DNA of 64,000 nt, taken from the NCBI GenBank assembly GCA_007376135.1, contig VMFR01000001.1, positions 9,259 through 73,258 on the forward strand, read 5' to 3'. Shown here in pieces: positions 45,075 through 54,532 of the stretch. How positions within the stretch are numbered: position 1 is the stretch's first letter; every line of letters begins with the position of its first letter. This DNA is from Parcubacteria group bacterium Gr01-1014_31 (GTDB lineage Bacteria > Patescibacteriota > Patescibacteriia > Buchananbacterales > GWA2-38-13). The translations under genes and the position numbers were made by a program. The notes beneath the pieces are model-generated. The model searched no databases. It was not told the DNA's origin and saw nothing but the letters and a program-made list of their open reading frames with translations.

Positions 45075-48000
45075 ATGTCGTTCGTCCACCTCCACACGCA
45101 CTCGCACTACAGCTTACTTGACGGCTTGTCCAAGATCGACGAACTGGTCGGGCTGGCCAAGAAATTCGGCATGCCTGCCGCTGCGCTGACGGACCACGGG
45201 GTGATGTATGGGCTCGTGGAATTCTACCAGAAATGCAGCAAGGCCGGCATCAAGCCTATCCTCGGGGTGGAGGCATACCTGGCCAGGAACCTGCATACGG
45301 ATAAACGGCCCAAGCTCGACGACAGTCCCTATCACCTGCTGCTGCTCGCCAAAACCGACCAGGGGTACCGCAATCTCATTAAACTCACGACCATCGCGCA
45401 CCTGGAAGGGTTTTACTACAAGCCGCGCGTGGATTGGGCGCTCATCGAGCGGTACCACGAGGGAATCATCGCGACCTCCGGCTGCCTGCAGGGGGAGCTG
45501 GCGCGCCAGCTGGTCAGCGGCGACTACGAGGGCGCCAAAAAAGTGGCCCGCCGCTACCTGGAAACGTTCGGCCGCGGGAATTATTTCCTTGAGGTGCAGC
45601 ACCACCCCAACCTTCCCGAGCAGGGCGTGGTGAACGCCGGCGTGTTCAAATTGGGCGCAGCACTGGACATCCCGGTCGTGTCGACGGCGGATTCGCACTA
45701 CCCGACGACGGACGACGCGTACGCGCAGGATGTCATGATCTGCATCCAGACCAAGAAGGTCCTGTCGGATACCGACCGCATGACGATGGTCGGTGGCGAC
45801 TACTCGTTCCAGTCGCCCGACGTGATGCGGTCGCATTTCCCCGACCATCCCGAGGTCGCCGACAACACGTTGAAGGTCGCCGAGTCCTGCCAGGTGACAC
45901 TGCAGTTCGGTAAGTCGCTGTTGCCGCACTTCGTGGTGCCGTCCGGCATGGGGACGGATGACTACCTGGCGGAACTGTGCCGTCAGGGGTTGGGTGACCG
46001 TTACGGGGCCCAGGCCGAAAGCCGCGAAGTGCAGGAGCGGTTGACCTACGAGCTCGAGGTCATCAAAAAGACCGGCTACGCCTCCTACTTTCTTATCGTG
46101 CAGGATTTCATCAACTGGGCGAAGCGCAACAAGGTCGTCGTCGGCCCGGGCCGCGGGTCGGCGGCCGGCAGCATCGTCGCGTACTTGACGCGCATCACCG
46201 ATATTGACCCCTTGCGCTACCAGCTCATCTTCGAGCGGTTCCTCAACCCTGAGCGCATCTCCATGCCCGATATCGATTCCGATTTCGCCGATCATCGCCG
46301 CGATGAGGTGCTACAGTACGTTGCCGACAAATACGGCCGCGACCGGGTGGCGCAGATCATCACCTTCGGCACGATGGCGGCGCGCGCGTCGGTGCGCGAC
46401 GTGGGCCGGGCGATGAGCCTGCCGTACAGCTACTGCGACAAGGTCGCCAAGCTCATTCCTCCGACGCTCGACCTGGCCGAAGCTATCAAGTCGGTGCCAG
46501 AGCTGCAGGAGGTGTTGGCCGATCCGGCGGGTAAGAAACTCCTGTCCACCGCCCAGCGCCTCGAGGGCTGCGCGCGCCATGCCAGCACCCATGCGTGCGG
46601 CGTGGTCATTACCAAGGATCCGCTCGATCACTACGTGCCCCAGCAGCCGTCCACCGAGGGTACGATGACCATGACGCAGTACGAGATGCATGCCATCGAG
46701 GACCTTGGCTTGCTGAAGATGGACTTCCTTGGCCTGCGTAACTTGACGGTTATCGAGAATACGCTGGAGATCCTGCGTAAGGCGCGCGGTATCGAGATGG
46801 ACCTGAGCGCCCTGCCGCTGGACGACCGGCAGACCTTCGCGCTCCTGCAGCGGGCGGAGACCACCGGCGTGTTCCAGCTGGAATCGTCGGGAATGAAGCG
46901 CTACCTCAAACAGCTCAAGCCGTCCGAATTCGAAGATATCATTGCCATGGTTTCGCTCTACCGGCCCGGACCGATGGAGTTCATCCCCGAGTATATCGCG
47001 GGCAAACATGGTATCCGGCAGATCACCTACCTGGATCATCGTTTGGAACCGATCCTGGGGAAGACCTACGGCATCGCCGTCTACCAGGAGCAGATCATGG
47101 TTATTGCCCGGCAGCTGGCCGGGTTCTCCTACGGCGAGGCCGATGTGCTGCGCAAGGCGGTGGGCAAGAAGATCGCTCACCTGCTGGCCGAGCAGGAGGA
47201 AAAAATGGTCGCCGGGATGGTGAAGAACGGCATCAAACAGTCGGTTGCCAAAAAGATCTGGGATTTCATTTTGCCGTTCGCTCGCTATGGGTTCAACCGG
47301 TCGCACGCCGCCTGCTACGCAACGGTCGCGTACCAGACCGCGTACTTGAAATCGCGCTACCCGGCCGAATTCATGGCGGCGCTGCTGACCGGCGACCAGG
47401 GAGATATCGACCGGGTCGCCATCGAAGTGGAGGAGTGCCGCCAGATGGGCCTGACGATCTTGCCTCCGGATCTCAATGAAAGCTTTTCATCGTTCACGGT
47501 GGTCTACGATACGCCGGAGGTTCTTCGGGACAAGGCCAGCACCACCATCCGTTTCGGGTTGACAGCCATCAAGAACTTGGGTGAGAACGTGGTGAAGGCC
47601 ATCATCCGTGAGCGCAAGGAACACGGGCCATACGCGAACCTGGAGGATTTTTTGAGCCGCGTAAAAACCAAGGACCTGAACAAAAAATCCCTCGAAGCGC
47701 TGGCAAAATCCGGCGCGTTGGACCGTTTCGGCGAGCGTAACCTCCTGCTGTCCAACCTCGACAATCTGCTGTCGTTCCTGAAGTCCGTCAACGACGAACT
47801 CTCCAGCCAACAGGGGAGCCTGTTTTCCAATCTCGCCCAGTCCAGCACCCTGCCGAAGCTGCGCCTGGAGCCGGTGGAACCCGCGACCGATCGGCAGAAG
47901 GTCTCTTGGGAGCGCGAACTGCTCGGATTGTTCCTCTCTTCTCATCCTTTGAAAGCATTCACCGCCGTGCTGCGCAACCAGGCCATACCGCTGACCGAAC

Positions 48001-48620
48001 TTGCCAATACTCCCGACCTGGTCGGCCGGCCGGTGACGGTTGCCGGGGTGATCGGGACCATCAAGCGGGTCATCACGCGCCGGGGCGAGCAGATGATGTT
48101 CGCCAAGATCGAAGACCCAACCGGCGCGCTTGAGGTACTGGTGTTCCCAAGTATTCTCCAGCAGGACCCGTCCGTCTGGCAGGAGGACGCGGTGGTCGCG
48201 ATGCGCTGTCGGCTATCGGATAAGGATGGGGAGACTAAGCTCATCTGCCAGCGCGCGCTGGCCTTAACCGAAGAGACGGCCGTGGACGTGCTACAGACCC
48301 TCGCCCAAGAGGTGGATGACCGTCCGCTGGGCAACGGGTTTGGACGCCGGACCGTGGCGGCGGCACCGGCAACCACGGTGGTGGAACGCGGTACGGCCTA
48401 TCTGACCGTGCCCGCCACGATGGACCGGCAGGCCATTGCCACACTCAAGGAGCAACTCAGCCATTATCCGGGAGCCTACCGCGTCTGCCTGATGGTGGAA
48501 AGCGAGCGTGGTTTTAAAAAGATCGTGACCAGCTATCTGGTTTCCGACCGCCCGGCGTTGCGGGATGAATTGTCCGCGATCCTCGGACCGCAGGCGGTGC
48601 GGTTCGAGGACGCGGCGTAG
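45075..48620 (+). CDS. dnaE: DNA polymerase III alpha subunit
   Basis: PHP domain HLHTHSHYSLLDG, polymerase core, OB-fold; start ATG 45075. Confidence 0.95.
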   Translation: MSFVHLHTHSHYSLLDGLSKIDELVGLAKKFGMPAAALTDHGVMYGLVEFYQKCSKAGIKPILGVEAYLARNLHTDKRPKLDDSPYHLLLLAKTDQGYRNLIKLTTIAHLEGFYYKPRVDWALIERYHEGIIATSGCLQGELARQLVSGDYEGAKKVARRYLETFGRGNYFLEVQHHPNLPEQGVVNAGVFKLGAALDIPVVSTADSHYPTTDDAYAQDVMICIQTKKVLSDTDRMTMVGGDYSFQSPDVMRSHFPDHPEVADNTLKVAESCQVTLQFGKSLLPHFVVPSGMGTDDYLAELCRQGLGDRYGAQAESREVQERLTYELEVIKKTGYASYFLIVQDFINWAKRNKVVVGPGRGSAAGSIVAYLTRITDIDPLRYQLIFERFLNPERISMPDIDSDFADHRRDEVLQYVADKYGRDRVAQIITFGTMAARASVRDVGRAMSLPYSYCDKVAKLIPPTLDLAEAIKSVPELQEVLADPAGKKLLSTAQRLEGCARHASTHACGVVITKDPLDHYVPQQPSTEGTMTMTQYEMHAIEDLGLLKMDFLGLRNLTVIENTLEILRKARGIEMDLSALPLDDRQTFALLQRAETTGVFQLESSGMKRYLKQLKPSEFEDIIAMVSLYRPGPMEFIPEYIAGKHGIRQITYLDHRLEPILGKTYGIAVYQEQIMVIARQLAGFSYGEADVLRKAVGKKIAHLLAEQEEKMVAGMVKNGIKQSVAKKIWDFILPFARYGFNRSHAACYATVAYQTAYLKSRYPAEFMAALLTGDQGDIDRVAIEVEECRQMGLTILPPDLNESFSSFTVVYDTPEVLRDKASTTIRFGLTAIKNLGENVVKAIIRERKEHGPYANLEDFLSRVKTKDLNKKSLEALAKSGALDRFGERNLLLSNLDNLLSFLKSVNDELSSQQGSLFSNLAQSSTLPKLRLEPVEPATDRQKVSWERELLGLFLSSHPLKAFTAVLRNQAIPLTELANTPDLVGRPVTVAGVIGTIKRVITRRGEQMMFAKIEDPTGALEVLVFPSILQQDPSVWQEDAVVAMRCRLSDKDGETKLICQRALALTEETAVDVLQTLAQEVDDRPLGNGFGRRTVAAAPATTVVERGTAYLTVPATMDRQAIATLKEQLSHYPGAYRVCLMVESERGFKKIVTSYLVSDRPALRDELSAILGPQAVRFEDAA

Positions 48621-48665
48621 TTTTCCCCTTGCGCCGAACGCCGTTGGGCGGCACACTACTAGAGT

Positions 48666-49811
48666 ATGGCAACTTCTGACGCGCCGCGGGTCACTCGCGG
48701 GTATCTCATTTTCGGACTCCTGTTCGCCGCCGCCGGCGTGGGTTTGTGGGTGCTTTTATCCAGCTCATTGTACGGTCGCGCCGAGATCATCGTGACGGCG
48801 GCGCAGACCCGGGCGAGCGGCGAGTATTTGGTGGTCATTCAGGACGGTGTTGGCGCGTCGGATGTGCCTGACCCGCAGGTGGTGCCGGGACGCATCCACG
48901 AGCAGACCTTCGACGGCAGCCAAACTTTTACGGCGAGCGGCAGAGTGCCCCGCACCTTGGATACCATTGGCGACGTGACCCTGCGCAACACGAGTTCCCG
49001 CAGCCAGACGCTGGTGGCAACCACTCGTGTACTGGCGCCCGACGGTACGCTTTTGCGCTTGAAGGACCGGGTGGTGGTACCGGCGAACGGCACGGTGAAG
49101 GCCGCCGTCTACCCCGACAAACCCGAAGCCTTCCGGCAGTTGGCGCCCACTCGGCTGATCATTCCCGGGCTGCCGGTCAGCCAGCAGGCCCTGATCTACG
49201 GTGAGACCTCCGAGTCCCTGCCGTCCGGCGGCGGCGAGGTTCCCGCAGTGACCGTGGAAGACCTAAAGAACGCGGAAGCGGCCCTGGTGAAGTCGTTGAG
49301 CCGGGAAGCGCTGGAACGGTTCGATGGCCTGCTAGCCGAGCGGGAAAAGTTATACAGCAAGATGGTCCACAAGGAGGTCGTCGCCAGCACCGCCGACGCG
49401 AAGGCCGGCGACCAGCTGACCGAATTCACCGCGACTTTGACGCTGAAGGTCGTTGCGTTGGCGTTCGACGAGGTCCGTTTGAGCGGGCAGGTGCGCCAGC
49501 ATTTGAGCGAGCAGCTGCCGTTCACTCATGAGCTGGTCGCGCTGGACCCGTCCAGTTTGAAGTATGAAACCCAGCGGTATGATCCGGTGCGCAAAGAGGT
49601 GACGCTGAAGGTCTACGCCGAGGGGCAATCGGCCCTGAAGCCTGGCAGCGCGCTTCTTAATCCGTCCGCCATGGCCGGACTGACAAAAGCGCAGATTCAG
49701 ACATTCTTCCAACGTTACCCCGAAGTGAAAAGTGTTGAGGTGCGTTTCAGTCCCGAGGGTTTGCCCCGCGCTCCGCGGTCCGCCAGCCGCATCACCTTTA
49801 CCGTGCGATGA
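48666..49811 (+). CDS. membrane-anchored hypothetical protein (381 aa)
   Basis: N-terminal TM YLIFGLLFAAAGVGLWVLL; ATGA overlap with next gene. Confidence 0.45.
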   Translation: MATSDAPRVTRGYLIFGLLFAAAGVGLWVLLSSSLYGRAEIIVTAAQTRASGEYLVVIQDGVGASDVPDPQVVPGRIHEQTFDGSQTFTASGRVPRTLDTIGDVTLRNTSSRSQTLVATTRVLAPDGTLLRLKDRVVVPANGTVKAAVYPDKPEAFRQLAPTRLIIPGLPVSQQALIYGETSESLPSGGGEVPAVTVEDLKNAEAALVKSLSREALERFDGLLAEREKLYSKMVHKEVVASTADAKAGDQLTEFTATLTLKVVALAFDEVRLSGQVRQHLSEQLPFTHELVALDPSSLKYETQRYDPVRKEVTLKVYAEGQSALKPGSALLNPSAMAGLTKAQIQTFFQRYPEVKSVEVRFSPEGLPRAPRSASRITFTVR

Positions 49812-50569
49812 AGCGCCGCGCCGCGTGGACCAAGGCTCAACTGGCGGCTCACCTGGCCGCCGCGCGCCTGTTGGAGCAGGTGCGCGACGAGGTCTGGTGG
49901 TATTTGCGTTCGCAGCGGCGGGCCAGCGAGCGCGCAACGCAGGAGTTCGTGCTCGGCCGTTTCCGCCGTTACGGGTTGCGGAACGAATTGTCGCGGCCGA
50001 TCGTCGCATTTGGCGCTCATACGGGCGAGGTGCACTATTTCCCGCCCGCTCGCGGTTCGGCCCGTTTTCGCCGCGGGACCTGGGTGCTTTTGGATCTGTG
50101 GGCCAGATTGCAGCAGCCGGGAGCACCGTACGCGGACGCCACCTGGATGGCTTGGTACGGCTCACGCGTGCCGACGAGATTGGCGCGGGCATTTGCCGCG
50201 GTGCGGGCGGCGCGCGATGCGAGCCTGCGCTATTTGCTGACACAGACCGCGTCGGGGGCGGTTCCCAGTGGAGCGGCCCTGGATGGGGTCGCCCGTCGGT
50301 CGCTGCACCGGGCCGGCTTCCGCGGAAAATTCACTCACAGTCTTGGACATAGTCTGGGGCTCCACGGACCGCACGGGAGTCAGGGGCCGCTTTCGCCAAA
50401 AAATCCGAAATCCTTGGTCCCGGGTGTCGGGTATACGATCGAACCGGGCATCTACCTGCCGGGCCGCTACGGTGTGCGGCTGGAAATGGACCTGATGTTG
50501 ACCTCCGAGCGGCAGGTCATCGTGACCACCGCGCTGCAGCAGAATATCATCCGGCTTTCGGCCGGATAA
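49808..50569 (+). CDS. M24-family metallopeptidase catalytic domain (Xaa-Pro aminopeptidase/creatinase-like)
   Basis: HSLGHSLGLHGPHG and GYTIEPGIYLPGRYGVRLEMD pita-bread motifs. Confidence 0.65.
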   Translation: MKRRAAWTKAQLAAHLAAARLLEQVRDEVWWYLRSQRRASERATQEFVLGRFRRYGLRNELSRPIVAFGAHTGEVHYFPPARGSARFRRGTWVLLDLWARLQQPGAPYADATWMAWYGSRVPTRLARAFAAVRAARDASLRYLLTQTASGAVPSGAALDGVARRSLHRAGFRGKFTHSLGHSLGLHGPHGSQGPLSPKNPKSLVPGVGYTIEPGIYLPGRYGVRLEMDLMLTSERQVIVTTALQQNIIRLSAG

Positions 50570-50608
50570 AAAAAGACCGGCGTGAGCTCGTGTGAGCTCC
50601 CACCGGTC
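50568..50608 (-). terminator. intrinsic terminator (minus strand) for small gene D
   Basis: GACCGG...CCGGTC stem with internal GTGAGCTC repeats, followed on minus strand by T7. Confidence 0.55.
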
Positions 50609-50618
50609 AAGGCGAACA

Positions 50619-50828
50619 TCAGAGGATGTGGGAGAACCCCACGATCTTCTCGGCACGCTGGCCGCAGGCGAGGCATACCCACCGTACGCAGCGGGCGAAC
50701 ACTCGGACCCCACGCAGGGTCACTTCTCGCGGCCCCCAATGCTGGAGGCGAACCTTGCCTGTCGGATGCTCGCAACTACAGGGCGGCTCCTCCTCGTTCG
50801 CTTTCGGCGACGACTCCTTGTGGAGCAT
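50619..50828 (-). CDS. 69-aa Cys-rich protein (CSC ... C-x4-C-x2-C)
   Basis: ATG 50828 with AGAGGG SD; consensus promoter upstream; MLHKESSPKANEEEPPCSCEHP...CVRWVCLACG. Confidence 0.45.
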   Translation of the reverse strand: MLHKESSPKANEEEPPCSCEHPTGKVRLQHWGPREVTLRGVRVFARCVRWVCLACGQRAEKIVGFSHIL

Positions 50829-50875
50829 GGCACCCTCTGGTGAAAAGAACCCAGTCAGACCCAATGTGCTCCGGT

Positions 50876-50904
50876 ATACTACATAGTTTTTGAACCATTG
50901 TCAA
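50876..50904 (-). promoter_or_regulatory. sigma70 promoter TTGACA-N17-TAGTAT (minus strand) for gene D
   Basis: plus TGTCAA 50899-50904 and ATACTA 50876-50881. Confidence 0.55.
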
Positions 50905-51162
50905 GGGGGGAGGGCAGCATCGCCGTCTCGGTTTGACAGTCGTTTCACTCCTGCGCTATCGTTCAGCTACCGGTGATTGGGGCGGTTACCAACCCCCACC
51001 TCGTCGACATGGCGGGGCTTCCTAATAAGGGACTAAGCCGGGCATAAAGAGCGGTCCCGTTTTGGCGGGACAACTTGGGTGGAACCGCGGGAGATTTGCC
51101 TCTCGTCCCAATATCGCCAGAAGCGTGGCGGTTTTGGAACGGGAGGTTTTTTGCAACGACGT

Positions 51163-51699
51163 ATGCGCGTGCCGACCCTAAAAAAAACGGACGTGACGTT
51201 GCGGCCCCTGCGGGTTTCCGACGCGCCGGCGTTTTGCCGCTGGCTGCAGGACCCCGAAGTCACCCGTTTTCTTAATCGGCACGAAGACCCGCCGACGTTG
51301 CGCGAGGAACGCGAGTACCTGCGAGATGAGCAGCGCCGCGCCGATCATGCGCAGTGGGGGATCGTCGTTGAACGCGAATTGGTCGGCACCGTGGCGCTTG
51401 ATAAGATCGATCGCGAACACCGTCGCGCGGTCTACGGGATCTTCATCGGCAACCCAAGATACTGGGGACAGGGATATGGAACGGCGGCTGGCCGTTTAGT
51501 GGTTCGCTTTGGTTTCCGGCAGCTTAAGCTCCAACGGATCTCTCTGCTCGTTTACGTTTATAATACCCGCGGTTATCGTTCCTACCGGCGACTCGGCTTC
51601 CGCCGCGAAGGAAGACTGCGCAACCATTTCTATCGAAACGGCACCCATCATGATGCCTTCGTGATGGGAATGCTCCGGCGGGAATATTTATCTTTATGA
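51163..51699 (+). CDS. GNAT-family N-acetyltransferase (RimJ/RimL-like)
   Basis: acetyl-CoA binding RGYGTAAGRLVV...; alternative TTG start 51151 4 nt after GGGAGG. Confidence 0.7.
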   Translation: MRVPTLKKTDVTLRPLRVSDAPAFCRWLQDPEVTRFLNRHEDPPTLREEREYLRDEQRRADHAQWGIVVERELVGTVALDKIDREHRRAVYGIFIGNPRYWGQGYGTAAGRLVVRFGFRQLKLQRISLLVYVYNTRGYRSYRRLGFRREGRLRNHFYRNGTHHDAFVMGMLRREYLSL

Positions 51700-52094
51700 A
51701 TTTGTCAAGCAATATAAATAGTATTTTATTACTTAGGGGCAGCGTAATTGCCGCTACCGATAAATTATTATTTTGGAGGCGATGGGGTGAGCTAGAGTTA
51801 TATCAGGAGGGGATTTTATTAAAGTTAGCATCGCTTTGGTTTATGAGTTTCTTTTTCCATAAACATGACATAGTTTTTGAAATAAATAAAAAGGATATTA
51901 TTCAAGTCGGCCGAATTAGCAATATTTTCATTCTCTTTTGGCTTCAGGGTATATCTGCGTTTTATATTAAATATATGGATAAAGAGCATCGGGTTAAAAA
52001 ATTTACCGTGGTCTGTGGATGGTTATTCAGTGGCGTTAAAGCCGATGAGGAATGGATAAGTAATTTTAAAAAGATAGGAGTTAATGTTAAATAG
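51696..52094 (+). CDS. extremely AT-rich (~33% GC) 132-aa hydrophobic protein, start overlapping GNAT stop (ATGA)
   Basis: ORF track; sharp compositional break 51700-52100 versus ~65% GC flanks. Confidence 0.4.
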   Translation: MNLSSNINSILLLRGSVIAATDKLLFWRRWGELELYQEGILLKLASLWFMSFFFHKHDIVFEINKKDIIQVGRISNIFILFWLQGISAFYIKYMDKEHRVKKFTVVCGWLFSGVKADEEWISNFKKIGVNVK

Positions 52095-53913
52095 TATTTC
52101 TATGCCAAAAGAAAAAAACGTTAACCCACCGGTAGCATTGGAGGCCATGCGGCATTCGTTCGCCCACGTGCTGGCGCAGGCGGTGCTGCAGTTGTACCCG
52201 GACGCCAAACTGGCGATCGGGCCGGTCATTGACGACGGTTTTTACTATGATTTCGACCTGGGCCAAGGCAAAACGTTCACTCCCCAGGACCTGCCGAAAC
52301 TGGAGAAAGTGATGAAAAAGATAATCGCCCAGAGCCAGAAATTCGAGCGCTACGAGGGTGGGGTGGATGAATCAATCGAGTATCTACAAAGTAAGCAGCA
52401 GCCCTACAAGGTGGAATTGGCGCAAGAGCTGAAAGCGGCGGGAACGGCCACCGTGAGCTTTTACCGCAACACCGACCCGGCCGGCAAAAAACGTTTCTTC
52501 AATGACCTGTGCAAGGGGCCGCATGTGGCGTCGACCAAGGAACTGGGGGCGTTCAAACTGATGTCCATCGCCGGCGCCTACTGGCGGGGGAGTGAGAAGA
52601 ACGCGATGCTCCAGCGCATCTACGGCGCGGCTTTCGCGACGCAGGAGGAACTGGATGCGTACCTGGAGCGGCGTAAGCTGGCGGAGGAACGCGACCACCG
52701 GAAGATCGGTTTGCAGCAGCAACTGTTCTTCATCGACGAGCGGGTGGGCAAGGGGCTTCCGCTGTGGCTGCCCAACGGCACCATCATCCGCGACGAATTG
52801 GAACGCCTGGCGAAGGAGACCGAGGCGCGGTACGGCTACCTGCGCGTCAGCACGCCGCACCTGGCCAAGGAAGAGCTCTACCTGACCTCCGGGCACCTGC
52901 CCTACTATCAGGGGAGCATGTACCCGCCGATGGTGATGGACGACGGGACCTACTACTTGAAGGCGATGAACTGCCCGCACCACCACCTTATTTTTCAGCA
53001 GCAGCTGCGCAGTTACCGCGAGCTGCCCCTGCGGCTGGCCGAGTATGGCGTGTGCTACCGCAACGAGCTGTCCGGGACGCTCGCCGGCCTGCTGCGCGTG
53101 CGCATGCTGACCATGAACGACGCGCACATCTACTGCCGCAAGGAACAGATCAAGAAGGAATTTGCCAAGGTGCTGGAAATGGTGCTGTATTACTTCAAGT
53201 TGTTCGGGTTCAAGGAATACTCATTCCGGCTCTCCCAGTGGGACCCGACGCATGCGGATAAGTACGTCAACCAGCCCCAGAACTGGGAGTACAGCCAGCG
53301 GGTGTTGCGGGAGGTCCTGGAGGAAATGCAGGTGTCCTACGCGGCGGTGGATAATGAGGCGGCGTTCTACGGACCGAAGATCGACGTGCAGTTCAAGTCG
53401 GTCATCGGCCGGGAGGAAACGCTTTCCACCATCCAGCTTGATTTTCTTGCCCGTGAACGGTTCGGGTTGTCCTATGTCGATGAACACGGCACGCGCAACA
53501 GCGAGGTGTTCGTCATCCATCGCGCGCCGTTGTCCGTGCACGAGCGGATGGTTGCGTTCTTGACCGAACACTACGGAGGGGCGTGGCCGGTGTGGCTCGC
53601 GCCGGTCCAGGTCCAGGTCATCATGGTGTCGGAAAAGTTTGCCGATGCCGCCCGCAGCGTCGCGGCAACGCTGTCCGCTGCCGGGCTTCGCGCGAAACTG
53701 GACGACGCGGATGAAACGGTGAGCAACAAGATTCGCCAGGCCGAGCAGGCCAAAGTGCCGTTCATGGTGGTGATCGGCGAGAAGGAAGCGGCGGCGGGAA
53801 CGCTGGCGGTGCGGACGCGGGGTGGCCGCCAGCTGCAGACCTTGAAGGCCGATGAGTTCACGGCGATGGTAACGAAGCTCGTTCAGTCCCGCGCGGAACA
53901 GTGGTCGGCATAA
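52084..53913 (+). CDS. thrS: threonyl-tRNA synthetase lacking N-terminal TGS domain
   Basis: N2 domain MRHSFAHVLAQAV..., class II core, anticodon-binding domain; alternative starts at 52102/52147. Confidence 0.9.
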   Translation: MLNSISMPKEKNVNPPVALEAMRHSFAHVLAQAVLQLYPDAKLAIGPVIDDGFYYDFDLGQGKTFTPQDLPKLEKVMKKIIAQSQKFERYEGGVDESIEYLQSKQQPYKVELAQELKAAGTATVSFYRNTDPAGKKRFFNDLCKGPHVASTKELGAFKLMSIAGAYWRGSEKNAMLQRIYGAAFATQEELDAYLERRKLAEERDHRKIGLQQQLFFIDERVGKGLPLWLPNGTIIRDELERLAKETEARYGYLRVSTPHLAKEELYLTSGHLPYYQGSMYPPMVMDDGTYYLKAMNCPHHHLIFQQQLRSYRELPLRLAEYGVCYRNELSGTLAGLLRVRMLTMNDAHIYCRKEQIKKEFAKVLEMVLYYFKLFGFKEYSFRLSQWDPTHADKYVNQPQNWEYSQRVLREVLEEMQVSYAAVDNEAAFYGPKIDVQFKSVIGREETLSTIQLDFLARERFGLSYVDEHGTRNSEVFVIHRAPLSVHERMVAFLTEHYGGAWPVWLAPVQVQVIMVSEKFADAARSVAATLSAAGLRAKLDDADETVSNKIRQAEQAKVPFMVVIGEKEAAAGTLAVRTRGGRQLQTLKADEFTAMVTKLVQSRAEQWSA

Positions 53914-53944
53914 AAAAAGCAGCCACCCTACCCAGCGTGGCTGC
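53912..53944 (-). terminator. intrinsic terminator (minus strand) overlapping the 3' end of the basic-protein gene
   Basis: GCAGCCAC / GTGGCTGC stem, followed on minus strand by T7. Confidence 0.5.
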
Positions 53945-54449
53945 CACAGGGGTCCTGGAGGCGGTGCTCTTTGACATAGAGCAGCGCGTGCAGGAACGTG
54001 CAGCGGAGGGCGCGGGAGACTCGCGTAAGGAAGTAGTGCGTGGTCATCATCTGCCGCCAGATCCCTTCGATGGCAGGGGAGGCGATGCGGTGGCTGGGTA
54101 CGTGCGGGGAGCGCTTGAGCTCCCGTTCCAGCCGGGCCAGCAGCCGGCGCTGGGTGATGACGCGCTCTTTGCGGTAGCGCAATCCGGAAAACAGCTTGAG
54201 CTGCGCCCTACCGACGATGAGCCGCCGTTCGGTATCGTAATCCCAGCAATCCTCCGCCGGACAGCGCCGTTTGAGACGCCGCACCGCGTGATGGCGGTCG
54301 TCGCTGTTCGCGAAAGTGAGCGCGTACAGGTCGGTACGCTCTTGGAATTCGGCCCGGAATGTCTTCCTGGCCTCGGCGCGCGCCAACCGGCGCCGTCGTT
54401 TGCACTTCTTCGACCCTCCGGAAAAAAGGTGCGAGCGTCGTGGTGCCAT
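53928..54449 (-). CDS. 173-aa Arg/Lys-rich hypothetical protein
   Basis: ATG 54449 with AAAGGAGGA SD 5 nt upstream and TTGACA-N17-TATGTT promoter; no family recognised. Confidence 0.55.
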   Translation of the reverse strand: MAPRRSHLFSGGSKKCKRRRRLARAEARKTFRAEFQERTDLYALTFANSDDRHHAVRRLKRRCPAEDCWDYDTERRLIVGRAQLKLFSGLRYRKERVITQRRLLARLERELKRSPHVPSHRIASPAIEGIWRQMMTTHYFLTRVSRALRCTFLHALLYVKEHRLQDPCGSHAG

Positions 54450-54491
54450 CGGAGTCCTCCTTTCTGGCAGTAGGACGCGGTTGCCGCCCCA

Positions 54492-54520
54492 AACATAATG
54501 CGCGTGCCAGGTTTTGTCAA
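54492..54520 (-). promoter_or_regulatory. sigma70 promoter TTGACA-N17-TATGTT (minus strand)
   Basis: plus TGTCAA 54515-54520 and AACATA 54492-54497; divergent from miaA. Confidence 0.55.
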
Positions 54521-54532
54521 CTCCATGGTGCT

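Noticed and set aside
51030-51050. RNase P RNA-like CCCGGCUUA (P4 3'-strand-like) on the minus strand
   Set aside because: The match would be at the 3' end of an RNase P RNA, but the body would then have to overlap the GNAT coding region. No matching P4 5' strand (GGAAAGUCCGG) is found, so this is a chance match.
50610-51140. Reading the whole 590-nt spacer as a single structured ncRNA (tmRNA/SRP/6S)
   Set aside because: No tmRNA tag or 3' tRNA-like end, no SRP domain IV motif, and no 6S-type central bubble was recognisable by eye. This is left as an open possibility in the findings rather than called.
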